The notes beneath the pieces were generated by a model. The model searched no databases and was not told where the DNA came from. It was given only the letters and a program-made list of their open reading frames with translations. The position numbers were made by a program, and so were the translations under genes. Below, piece after piece: positions 38,632-47,645 of a stretch of DNA of 62,479 nt. This stretch comes from Deltaproteobacteria bacterium (GTDB taxonomy: Bacteria > Desulfobacterota > DSM-4660 > Desulfatiglandales > Desulfatiglandaceae): positions 1 through 62,479 of the forward strand of contig JAIPDZ010000001.1 of the NCBI GenBank assembly GCA_021737425.1, written 5' to 3'. The number at the start of each line of letters is the position of its first letter. The stretch's first letter is position 1.

Positions 38632-39468
38632 TTATTTCTGCTTACCCTTTCGGGTGAGGGTTCTTTTCTCCTCAGGAATGGGAGCAGGGACCGGTTCGCC
38701 CGCAATCTTCTGCACCGCACCGAAGCGGGGGGGACACGCCTCAAAACAGGTGCCGCACTTTATGCATTTGGCCTGATCAATGACATGGATCTGGTTCTTA
38801 CCCCCTGTGATGGCCTCCACCGGACATCTTCGTCTGCAAATCATACAGGCCTGGCATTTTTCCGGATCAATATAGTATGAGACGACTTCACTGAATAACT
38901 CGTCTATCTCCTCACGAGTAAAAAATCCTTCATATTCCGCCTCGTTTTCAAGCGGTGACTCCAGTTTTTCCCGCTTGGCCATTTTAATGTAGGGGACCAG
39001 TGTGGTGACTTCTTCCAGTTTGGATTTTACATCCGCCTCGTCGATGTCATCGCTTTTGCCAAGGGGTCCCAAATCCTTCACCTTTTTACTGAAATCGTTC
39101 ATGACTTGGGCAAAAAGGATGCCTTCGCCAGAGGACATGAATTCCACCCTCAACCGCTCCGGGTTCAGCCCGATATGTTCCATGATTCGTTTACAAAGCA
39201 GCACCAGTTTCAGGGCATGGTAATTGCCGTGGGTAATATAGTTGCATTCGCCTAACCGGCACCCGGCGATAAACACGCCGTCCATTCCATTGGTAAAGGC
39301 CCTGAGGATAAACTCCAGGTCCACTCTGCCGGAACACATGACGCGAATCAGCCTGGCTTCGGTGGCATACTGTAGTCTGGAAACTCCAGCCATGTCAGCA
39401 GCGCCATATCCTCACCAATGGCATACAAAGCCCAGTATCTGCGGCGTAAATTTAGCTCCTGCACTCAT
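38632..39468 (-). CDS. MvhD-like / 2x[4Fe-4S] ferredoxin fusion selenoprotein (BamF-like)
   Basis: The track ORF 38632-39393 extends upstream through the in-frame TGA at 39412-39414 to ATG 39468: MSAGAKFTPQILGFVCHW-U-GYGAADMAGVSRLQY.... The TGA replaces the second Cys of the MvhD/FlpD motif CxWC-x-Y-x-GAD. The C-terminus carries CQACMICRRRCP and CIKCGTCFEACP. Confidence 0.8.
39377..39414 (-). other. in-frame UGA (Sec) plus downstream SECIS-like hairpin in the bamF-like gene
   Basis: UGA at 39414-39412. The hairpin CUGGA-GUU-UCCAG (39389-39377), extendable with a bulged A, starts 22 nt downstream. Confidence 0.6.
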
Positions 39469-39582
39469 TGATTCCCACCTTCATAAAGACCCCCCAGGTC
39501 TTGTTTGCTGTTAGACGCTACCTCCGACATCTTGTGACGGGCCGATGAGGATATCGGCCTGATGAACCTATATTTTTTCCGC

Positions 39583-42500
39583 CTACGCATCTCCTACTGC
39601 CGCATCCATTTGCGGCGGCGCCTCTTCCGCTATGAAGGCTGCATCGATCTGGCTTTCGATCTCTTCATCCGTAAAGTGTTTCAGGTAAATGGCCCCTGTA
39701 GGACACTTGGCATTGCACAGTCCATCCCCTTTACAGATGACCGGGTTCACCACCGCCTTTTGGCCCTGTTTGGTGTCCCGAAGCTCTATGGCGCCATAGG
39801 TACAGGCGGACATGCAGGCCCCGCATCCGATGCACTTCTTCTCATCCACCTCGCATACCGAACCGGATGCAGTGACGATGTCATGAGACAGCAGGGTCAA
39901 GGTCCTTCCGGCAGCACCATATGCCTGGTTGATCGTCTCTGATATATGTTTGGGATAGTGGGCCATGCCGCACAGATAGACCCCTTCTGCACTGAACTCG
40001 ACCGGCCTCAATTTGACATGAGCTTCTTTGAAAAATCCATCTGAACCCAAAGAGACCTTAAAGAATTGAGCGACGTCGCTGCTTTCAGCAGATGGGATCA
40101 CCGCCGCAGATAAGGTCAGGTAATCGGCATCTATGGCCAGTTTTTGGCCCAGGATGGGATCCGGGACCGACACCCTCACGACCGAACGTCCCCCCTCTTC
40201 AACCGCCTCTGCCTGGGGTGGATCCGCCGGCTCATAGCGGACAAACTTGACATCCTGCTCCGAGGCTTCCCGATAATAATCTTCCAGAAGCCCGTAGGTC
40301 CGCATGTCTCGAAACAGGATATAGATATCCACCTCGGGATTGATCGCTTTTAGATTCAAGGCGTTTTTGATGGCATGACTGCAACAGACCCGTGCGCAGT
40401 AGTCCCGGTCTTTGTTCCGGCACCCCACACACTGGATCATCACCACCGTCTGTGCATTGACCAGGGCCTCATCTTTTTCAACGATCTTCTCCTCCAGTTC
40501 CAACTGGGTCACCACCTGGTCATGCTCTTTATATAGGTATTCGGTGGGTTTGTACTCATCCGCACCGGTGGCAATGACCGCCGCACCATGTTTGATCTCC
40601 GTGACACCGCTTTCCGAGTCCACCTTGGTGACAAAATTTCCGATATACCCGGTGGCCTCGGTGATGGTGGCATCTGCCAGTACATGGATGAGCTGGTGCT
40701 GATACACCTGGCGAATCAGATCCTTCAAATAGGCCTGGACATCCATGCCCTCCAGGGTGGAATAAATGTGTCTAACCATCCCCCCCAGTTGGGGCTCCTT
40801 TTCCACCAGGTATACCTCATGGCCCTGATTGGCGATGGAAAGCGCACAGGTCATACCCGCAATACCGCCCCCCACCACCAGTGCGGCCTTGTTGACGGGC
40901 AGGTCAATTTCCTGCAAAGGGGACAGGAGGCAGGCCCTTGCCACGGACATTCGGGTGATATCCTTGGCCTTCTGGGTGGCATATTCCGGCTCTTTGGAGT
41001 GGACCCAGGAGTCATGCTCCCGGATATTGGCCATCTCATAGAAATACTGGTTAATGCCCGCCTCCCTGAGGGTATCCCGGAACAACGGCTCCAGGGTCCT
41101 GGGAGAACAGGCGGCCACCACCACGCGGTTGAGGCCCTTTTCCTTGACCATGTCCGTAATTTCCTGGGCCGAATTGGTGGCACATGAAAAGAGCTGCTCC
41201 TGGGCATACACCACATTCGGGAGCGTGAGGGCATAGTCCACCACGGCCGGTACGTCCACGATTCTGCCGATATTGGCCCCGCAATGGCAGACAAAGACGC
41301 CGACCCTGGGCTCCTCCTGGGACACATCCTTCTCCTGGGGGTAGACCCTTTCCTTGGTAAGCTTGTCCCGCCGATGCCCCAAGAACTCCCCACATTGAGA
41401 TCCAGCTCCGCTGGCACTAAAGACCGACTCTGGGATGTCCATGGGCCCTTGAAAGGCACCGCTGACAAAGACCCCGGGCCGGCAGGTCTGCATGGGGTTG
41501 GACGGCAGGGCTTCGCAAAAACCTTTGTCGCTCAAAGCGATGCCAAACTGCTCTGCCAACTGTGCGTTGTCCACGGGTGGATTCAATCCCACAGACAACA
41601 CCACCATATCGAACGCTTCTTCCTTGACTCCTTCATCTGGCGTAGCGTACCGGACCACCACGTTCTTGGTGTCCGGCACCTCTCCCACCACTGATGTATA
41701 ACTCCGGATAAACCGTACCCCAGGCAGTTCTGCGGTGTTCCGATAGTAGGCCTCAAAATCTTTGCCGTAGGATCGGATGTCGTTATGAAAGATGGTACAC
41801 TCAGCATCTGCATCATGATCCTGGGTCAAAATGACCTGCTTCTGGGTGTAGGTACAGCATACGGACGAACAGTAGCTGTTGTCGCCGGGGGTCACCCGCC
41901 TGGAGCCCACGCATTGAATCCATGCCAATTTCTTGGGGTGCTTCTGGTCTGAGGCCCGCAGGATTTCCCCTTCATACGGGCCAGTGGCGCATAAAAGCCG
42001 CTCAAAATCTAGACTGGTGACCACATTCTCGAACCTGCCATACCCATAGTCCCCTTTCGTGGCAGGATCAAAGGGCTCATACCCAGGAGACAGGAGGACC
42101 GCCGCCACGTTGATTTCCTGTTTCTCCGGCTTTTGCTGAAGATCAATGGCGTCATTGGCGCAAACGCCTTCGCAAATCCGGCACTTTTCCTCTTTTAAAT
42201 ACAGGCAGCTTTCATCAATATAGGCAATCAGGGGAATGGCCTGAGAGAAGTAGATGTGGACCGCCTTGTTCTGGGATATCTCCTGATTAAAGGGATCCGG
42301 GTATTGTACTGGGCAGTATTCTGCACAGGTCCCACACCCGGTACACTTATCTTCAATAATATATCGGGGCTTTTGGGTAAGGGTGACCTTGAAATCACCT
42401 GCCTCTCCTTCCACGCTCTGAATCTCCGTGTAGGTCAGAACCTCGATGTTGGGATGCCGGCCGACCTCGACCAGTTTGGGGGAGAGGATTCACATGGAGC

Positions 42501-42717
42501 AGTCATTGGTGGGATAGGTCTTATCCAGCTGGGCCATGTGCCCACCGATGGCGGGTCCCTTTTCCACCAAATAGACCTTAAAACCCGCGGTGGCCAGATC
42601 CAAAGAGGCCTGAATGCCGCTGATCCCGCCACCCGCCACCATGACGTCACCGAAGTGCTCGTCTTTATGGCCTTTACGGAGTTGTTGAATTTTTTTTCTT
42701 AATTCGATTTCATCCAC
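39583..42717 (-). CDS. double HdrA-like FAD/FeS oxidoreductase selenoprotein (BamE-like), 1044 aa
   Basis: Track ORFs 42490-42717 and 39583-42414 are one frame joined across TGA 42490-42492: ...[42 protein letters not shown].... This is the HdrA DCSMC motif with Sec at the last Cys. There are two dinucleotide-binding modules (VAGGGISG and VVGGGIAG) and several 4Fe-4S motifs. Confidence 0.85.
42457..42492 (-). other. in-frame UGA (Sec) plus downstream SECIS-like hairpin in the bamE-like gene
   Basis: UGA at 42492-42490. 15 nt later comes CUGGUC-GAGGUC-GGCCGG (42474-42457), a 6-bp stem including two G-U pairs, with an apical loop containing GGUC. Confidence 0.55.
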
Positions 42718-42750
42718 TTTTTGTCACCTCATCCGGATGTTAGTACCTTC

Positions 42751-43914
42751 TTAAATCACTTCCGCTATGATCTCTGTGATGTCTTTGATTTCGGGGACGC
42801 TTCCCGTCTCCTCCTGGTCTTCCATGGTGATTCGGCTGTCCTCAAACATGGTGATACAGTAGGGGCAGGCCGTCACCAGCACCTCAGCACCGACCCCCAT
42901 GGCCTGCTCGATCCTGAGATCGGAGAATCGCTCCCCTTTCTGGGTTTCCATCCACACCCGGCCGCCGCCCCCGCCGCAACACAGGCTGTCCACCCGGCAG
43001 TCCGGCATCTCCGTAAGGGTTAGGCCGGGGACCCTGTTCAAAATCTCCCGGGGCTCGTCATAGATGCCGTTATGCCGTCCCAGATAACAGGGATCATGAT
43101 AGGTCACCTTCTTTTCATAGGGGTTCTTAAGCGTCAGTTTTCCCTGCTCGATGAGTGAGGAAAGATATTGAGACATATGAATGATCTCAAAATTTACCCT
43201 GAATTCAGGATACTCATTTTTGAAGGTGTGGTAGCAGTGGGGGGAGGATACCAGGATCCTCTTTACCCCATGATCGATAAAGGTCTTGATATTTTCCTTG
43301 GCGAGACGCGTGAACACCTCTTCGTCCCCGGTCTTGCGGATGCTCTCCCCGCAGCAATTCTCCTCCGGGCCCAGGATGCCGAAATCCACTCCGGCGGCGT
43401 TCAGGATATTGGCGGTGGCCACGGCCACCTTTTTCAACCGGGGATCATAGCTGGGATAACAGCCGGGGAAATACAAGATGTCCATCTCTTCGGTGAAGGT
43501 CTTCACGGAATGCCCCTTGGCCCAGTCCCCCCGTTTGGCCCGCTCCTCGCTCAAGGTGTTCCCTTCACCCACCAGGCTGCCTCGAATGGTGCGCACCGGG
43601 GTCACCGGTTTGGGAAACACCCCGTATTCGGTGGCGATCCGGCGCAGGGCGATGCCGGACTCGATCTGCTGCACATCTCTGGGACACTGCTGCGGGCATC
43701 TGCCGCAGGTGGTGCACAGCCAGATATCCTCGCTTTCGATATCCGTCATGCCGAAGGTGGCCTGCCGCACGATCTTGCGCATGCTGAAATCCCTAACCCG
43801 GTTCCACGGGCAGACCACATCGCACAACCCGCACTGAAAGCATCTTTTGAATGCGTCTCCGCCGCTGGCCTTAATGACATCAACGATTTCCTTATAATCG
43901 GCTACATTCTCCAC
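42751..43914 (-). CDS. HdrD-like Fe-S oxidoreductase (2x[4Fe-4S] plus two CCG domains; BamD-like)
   Basis: CFQCGLCDVVCP and CTTCGRCPQQCP, followed by the CCG motifs NCCGES and LCCGGGGG. 387 aa. Confidence 0.8.
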   Translation of the reverse strand: MENVADYKEIVDVIKASGGDAFKRCFQCGLCDVVCPWNRVRDFSMRKIVRQATFGMTDIESEDIWLCTTCGRCPQQCPRDVQQIESGIALRRIATEYGVFPKPVTPVRTIRGSLVGEGNTLSEERAKRGDWAKGHSVKTFTEEMDILYFPGCYPSYDPRLKKVAVATANILNAAGVDFGILGPEENCCGESIRKTGDEEVFTRLAKENIKTFIDHGVKRILVSSPHCYHTFKNEYPEFRVNFEIIHMSQYLSSLIEQGKLTLKNPYEKKVTYHDPCYLGRHNGIYDEPREILNRVPGLTLTEMPDCRVDSLCCGGGGGRVWMETQKGERFSDLRIEQAMGVGAEVLVTACPYCITMFEDSRITMEDQEETGSVPEIKDITEIIAEVI

Positions 43915-43948
43915 GATCTTACTCTGTCCCTTCTTTCATGTTCCCGGC

Positions 43949-44488
43949 TTAGCCTTGTTTGGCCTCTGACATGCGGGCCAGGGTCTCAATGATCTTGTCC
44001 ATCCCGTACTTATTGGTCAAGGCGTCCAGTCCCATCTCCAGATCGTCCTGCTCCGGTTGCTCTTCCACTTCCTCTTCTCTTTCTTCATAGGTGAGGGCAT
44101 CCGTGATGCACCACTTGACACACAACGGTTCGTCTTCGCCTTCGCACATGTCGCATTTGAGGGGAAGACCGGAATCCGGTTCTTTGAAGATGTCTCTCGA
44201 AGGGCAGGATGCCCGGCAGAAGGCGCACTCTTCGTATTCCTTTCCGTCGATGACATACTTGTCCCGGCCCATGCATTCGGCCGGGGCATACTCGCCAGCG
44301 TATACGGGCACATAGATATCTCTCAAGGGATCCCGAACCACTCGAATACGGGACCTGGCCGGATTGTTGCTGCTGTATTTGGGCTCAGCGTGAAAAGCGG
44401 AGCAGATCACTTCACAGGCTCGACACCCGTTACATTCATCCGCATTCACCTTGATGGTCTTTACGATCTTCTTATTCTTCTCACCCAC
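43949..44488 (-). CDS. poly-ferredoxin-like small subunit of the AOR-type enzyme (BamC-like)
   Basis: 179 aa with CNGCRACEVICS, CAFCRASCP and CDMCEGEDEPLCVKWC. Its start is 2 nt after the AOR stop. Confidence 0.75.
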   Translation of the reverse strand: MGEKNKKIVKTIKVNADECNGCRACEVICSAFHAEPKYSSNNPARSRIRVVRDPLRDIYVPVYAGEYAPAECMGRDKYVIDGKEYEECAFCRASCPSRDIFKEPDSGLPLKCDMCEGEDEPLCVKWCITDALTYEEREEEVEEQPEQDDLEMGLDALTNKYGMDKIIETLARMSEAKQG

Positions 44489-44490
44489 GG

Positions 44491-46512
44491 CTAACCCTCC
44501 TTTTCTTTTCCCGCCGAGGTGGCATCAGAAGATGATTCCCCATGGTCTGGCCCATTATCTGAATAGACCCCCCGCTTTTCGAATTCCTCATACACATAAT
44601 CCAAGCCCAAATCATGTAACGATTCTTGGGTCGGAATGCCGTCTTTGTTCCACCCCTTAAACTGATAATAGGTGTCCAGGAGCTTTTGTTCCAGTTCGGG
44701 AAATCGCTTCTTCCAATGGTCCTCAGGAGGTCGCTCATCTTTTCGCCGCATTCCTCTTCTGATATTATTGGCCCTCACCAGGGTCCGATACCGTCGAATG
44801 GCCTGCGTCAGGAGGTCTTCATCCATGTCAATCCCGGCCCCTGCCGAGATAAATTTGGGATAGTTGTGGATATGGTACGGGGGTTTAAGGGGGAACGAGG
44901 AAAGCCCGGCGCACATCCCCAGGGCATCATCGATATAATGCATCCGCTCCTGCCAATCCACAATGTCACAACACATCTCAGGTGTAGGGTAGTAGGGGAT
45001 GGAGTTTTCTCCCCTCGGCTCCCAGTCCAAAAAGTATTGTTTGAACTTTTCATCCGGGACCTGGAACCAATCCTTCACAAACGCCTCTCTGTGCTCCCGC
45101 TTGGGATAGGGCATTTGGGGAAACTGCCCTTCGATCTGGGTGATATTGATCTTCTCCCCCGTGCAATACATCAAGAAATAAATGGGGTTCAACATGGACA
45201 GCTTGAGCGGCAGCTGTTCATGCTTCTTAATGTTGTTATGGGCATATTCTTCTGCGCCGTTCCCAATTTCCCGGGCCGCCCAGTAGGTCCCATTGGCCAG
45301 CACATCGCCGATCCCTTCCCGCCGGACAATCCGCTCCAGCAGCCAGTAAAACCGACCCTCATTGTCCTCCGGCATTCCGGGAAAATCATCGTCTGTCAAT
45401 ATCCCGTTTTCCAAAAGCTCCAGGCCAAAGGCCATCACCTGGGGCGCGGAAAATCCGTCCACCCCATATTCTGTGGCACTCTGCGCAATCCCCAGGCCAA
45501 ATTCCAAATCTGAGAAGGCGGCCATGGTATAGGTCAGTTTGGAAAAGCATTTCATCATATAGGTGGGTGCGCCGGGAGGGGTAATGGTGGCTCCGCATCT
45601 CATGGGACAGTTGTAACAACTGATCAGCCGTGTCCGCAGACTTTCCATGGTGTCCATCCACTCTTTGGCGATTTCTTGGTTCCAGAACCCTTTTCTGCGG
45701 ACCCGGGAATTCCCCCACATGAAATTCTCGGTATGCCATTTTTCATCGTGGACCTTCATTTCCTGCGGGGAACCCAAACCGGCCAGGATGGGCATGACCC
45801 CGGGGATGGGATTTTCATTTCTCCACTTGATATATTCCAGGACTTCGTTGCAAAGCTCCATGTATTCATCGGGTTGGGCCACATTGATATCCCTGGTCCC
45901 CCGCACCGCAATGGCCTTAACCCCCTTGTCTCCCATCACCGCACCGAGCCCCTGTCGGCTGGCACTGGAACGGCCCTGCTCAATGGAGGCAAAGTAGACC
46001 CTGTTCTCACCGGCCAGTCCAATGGCGGCCACCTGGGCCCTCGGCTCCTTCAGCTCCTCTTGGATCAGTTGGGCCGTTTCAATGGCCCCTTTGCCCTTGA
46101 GATGCGAGGCGTCCCGGATTTCCACCTTGTCGTTGTTGATCCATATATAGACTAAATCCGGGGACTTGCCGCGCAGGACCACCTTATCATAGCCGGCATG
46201 TTTTAATTCCGGGGCCCAAAACCCGCCCATCATGGAAAATGCCATGAGTTCAGTCTGCGGCGAAATGGTGGTTACAATGGTGCGGTTACACCCGGTGGCC
46301 GGCGTGCCGCACAGCAGACCGGCGCTGAATATCAACAGATTATCCGGGGAAAAGGGTTCCACCTCAGGGGGCACCCGATCCCACAACAGCTTGGCATTGG
46401 TTCCCAAGCCGCCCAGATACAGTTCAGTCTCTTTCGGATCGGTCTCCACCCGCTCGATGTTTCCCCGGGACAGATCAATTTCCAAATTATAGCCTGTCTC
46501 TGCGTACCTCAT
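44491..46512 (-). CDS. tungsten/molybdenum aldehyde:ferredoxin-oxidoreductase-family protein, BamB-like (class II benzoyl-CoA reductase catalytic subunit candidate)
   Basis: 673 aa with an AOR N-domain (MRYAETGYNLEIDLSRGNIERVETDP..LGGLGTNAKLLWD). The sequence matches my recollection of Geobacter metallireducens BamB over long stretches, and the gene context is B-C-D-E-F. Confidence 0.8.
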   Translation of the reverse strand: MRYAETGYNLEIDLSRGNIERVETDPKETELYLGGLGTNAKLLWDRVPPEVEPFSPDNLLIFSAGLLCGTPATGCNRTIVTTISPQTELMAFSMMGGFWAPELKHAGYDKVVLRGKSPDLVYIWINNDKVEIRDASHLKGKGAIETAQLIQEELKEPRAQVAAIGLAGENRVYFASIEQGRSSASRQGLGAVMGDKGVKAIAVRGTRDINVAQPDEYMELCNEVLEYIKWRNENPIPGVMPILAGLGSPQEMKVHDEKWHTENFMWGNSRVRRKGFWNQEIAKEWMDTMESLRTRLISCYNCPMRCGATITPPGAPTYMMKCFSKLTYTMAAFSDLEFGLGIAQSATEYGVDGFSAPQVMAFGLELLENGILTDDDFPGMPEDNEGRFYWLLERIVRREGIGDVLANGTYWAAREIGNGAEEYAHNNIKKHEQLPLKLSMLNPIYFLMYCTGEKINITQIEGQFPQMPYPKREHREAFVKDWFQVPDEKFKQYFLDWEPRGENSIPYYPTPEMCCDIVDWQERMHYIDDALGMCAGLSSFPLKPPYHIHNYPKFISAGAGIDMDEDLLTQAIRRYRTLVRANNIRRGMRRKDERPPEDHWKKRFPELEQKLLDTYYQFKGWNKDGIPTQESLHDLGLDYVYEEFEKRGVYSDNGPDHGESSSDATSAGKEKEG

Positions 46513-46573
46513 TTTCTTCCCCTTCTACACAACCAAAATTCCCCTGTAACCTGCAGCCTGTTTCATGGTGTTT

Positions 46574-46589
46574 TGCAGGCTTTGCACCT
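46574..46589 (-). promoter_or_regulatory. weak sigma-54 promoter candidate upstream of the bamB-like gene
   Basis: The minus strand reads AGGTGCAAAGCCTGCA, with GG-N10-GC spacing as in TGGCACG-N4-TTGCW. It lies about 60 nt upstream of ATG 46512. The -24 element is poor. Confidence 0.25.
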
Positions 46590-46639
46590 CAGCATGAAAC
46601 CTTCTTTCCCCGGTATCGGGGGGTCAACAATAATGGATG

Positions 46640-47092
46640 TCAGCGGTCCAGCCTTTTTTTCAGGTTGATAAAATGGCTTCGATCAAACCCCAACGTCTTG
46701 AAAAAAGAGAGCAGGTCCACGGAATCCCATCGCACAGAGGTGTATATGGAGTGGATCCCTTTTTTTCGGTATACGTTCAGGATTTCCTCGGCCAGCCTTT
46801 TTCCGATTCCCTGGCCCATAAACCTGGGGTCCACCCCCAACGTGGATATCCAGGCACTCTTTTCCAAACCAAACCCGCCCAACAGAATATAACTGATCAT
46901 GTACCCCACCACGTGGTCGTCGACCTCCGCCACAAAGCTGGCGTTTTCAAAATTGCCCACCTGCTCCTCAATAATATGCCTGAAATCAATGGTGGGCGGC
47001 GATTTGGTAATGGTGGCCTGAATGCGGCTGATATCCTCCGCATCCTCGGCCCTGATCTCTCTTATGATCATACTATCCAATGCGTTTACCAT
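46640..47092 (-). CDS. GNAT-family N-acetyltransferase (paralog of 38149-38598)
   Basis: LGVDPRFMGQGIGKRL motif A, colinear with the other GNAT. The start is uncertain: ATG 47092 or 47071. The track start at 47143 overlaps the upstream small gene. Confidence 0.7.
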   Translation of the reverse strand: MVNALDSMIIREIRAEDAEDISRIQATITKSPPTIDFRHIIEEQVGNFENASFVAEVDDHVVGYMISYILLGGFGLEKSAWISTLGVDPRFMGQGIGKRLAEEILNVYRKKGIHSIYTSVRWDSVDLLSFFKTLGFDRSHFINLKKRLDR

Positions 47093-47103
47093 GATCAAAA
47101 CGG

Positions 47104-47292
47104 TCAATCCAGACGGATAATTTTCACGCGCGATCCCACCCAATCCGGGGGAAGGTACACCCGCCCGCTGTTACCGCTCAACTTGACGACCTTTTCCACC
47201 ATCTCCTCGCCATAGACCTCTAATCTGACCTTCCCTCTGGTCCTTGGTGAAGCGGTCTTTTTCTCATTTACAGATTGCTTTTCATTGAGCAT
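47104..47292 (-). CDS. small protein with a GNSGRVYLPxxWVGxxVKI motif (DUF2080-like / AbrB-type swapped-hairpin-like)
   Basis: 62 aa from ATG 47292 (MLNEKQSVNEKK...EEMVEKVVKLSGNSGRVYLPPDWVGSRVKIIRLD). The C-terminal motif resembles the putative transposon-encoded DUF2080 family as I recall it. The start is uncertain. Confidence 0.35.
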   Translation of the reverse strand: MLNEKQSVNEKKTASPRTRGKVRLEVYGEEMVEKVVKLSGNSGRVYLPPDWVGSRVKIIRLD

Positions 47293-47434
47293 TTTCCAAA
47301 ACCTGGCGGCTATTCTGATCAGCCAAAAGCAAGGCGGACAACCAATTGATTTATTTATCAATTCAAGATTGGCCCGGCGTATCTGCACGAAAAGTTATGA
47401 TTACATTTTAGCTACAACGTAACTACGTGTCAAG

Positions 47435-47591
47435 AAAAAAACCCGGGCCGGGGATCGCCTGACCACTTCGGCCGCAGGGAAACACCCCAGCCTGATGAAA
47501 CGCCACCCTGTTGTCACCCGGCAATAGGCCCCAGCCACCATGTACCATTCAGGGCGGTCACCCGTGGTCGTCTTGCCGGCCCCGCTTTTTT
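47435..47591. other. structured intergenic element (candidate sRNA/riboswitch-like), A7 ... U6 with closing stem
   Basis: The 5' GGGCCGG (47445-47451) pairs with CCGGCCC (47576-47582), and UGACCAC pairs with GUGGUCG further in. Internally there are two 37-nt modules, each CCCCAGCC-N20-GUCACCCG. No coding potential is evident. Confidence 0.3.
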
Positions 47592-47625
47592 GTTGACAGG
47601 ACGTCACCGTGTTGATTAGAGCTAT

Positions 47626-47645
47626 ATATATCAAAAATGATATAT
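47626..47645 (+). promoter_or_regulatory. perfect AT-rich palindrome ATATATCA-AAAA-TGATATAT upstream of the Mop-type aldehyde oxidoreductase (operator candidate)
   Basis: 8-bp perfect inverted arms, 60 nt upstream of ATG 47705. It is related to the sites at 54728, 54972 and 57209. Confidence 0.45.
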
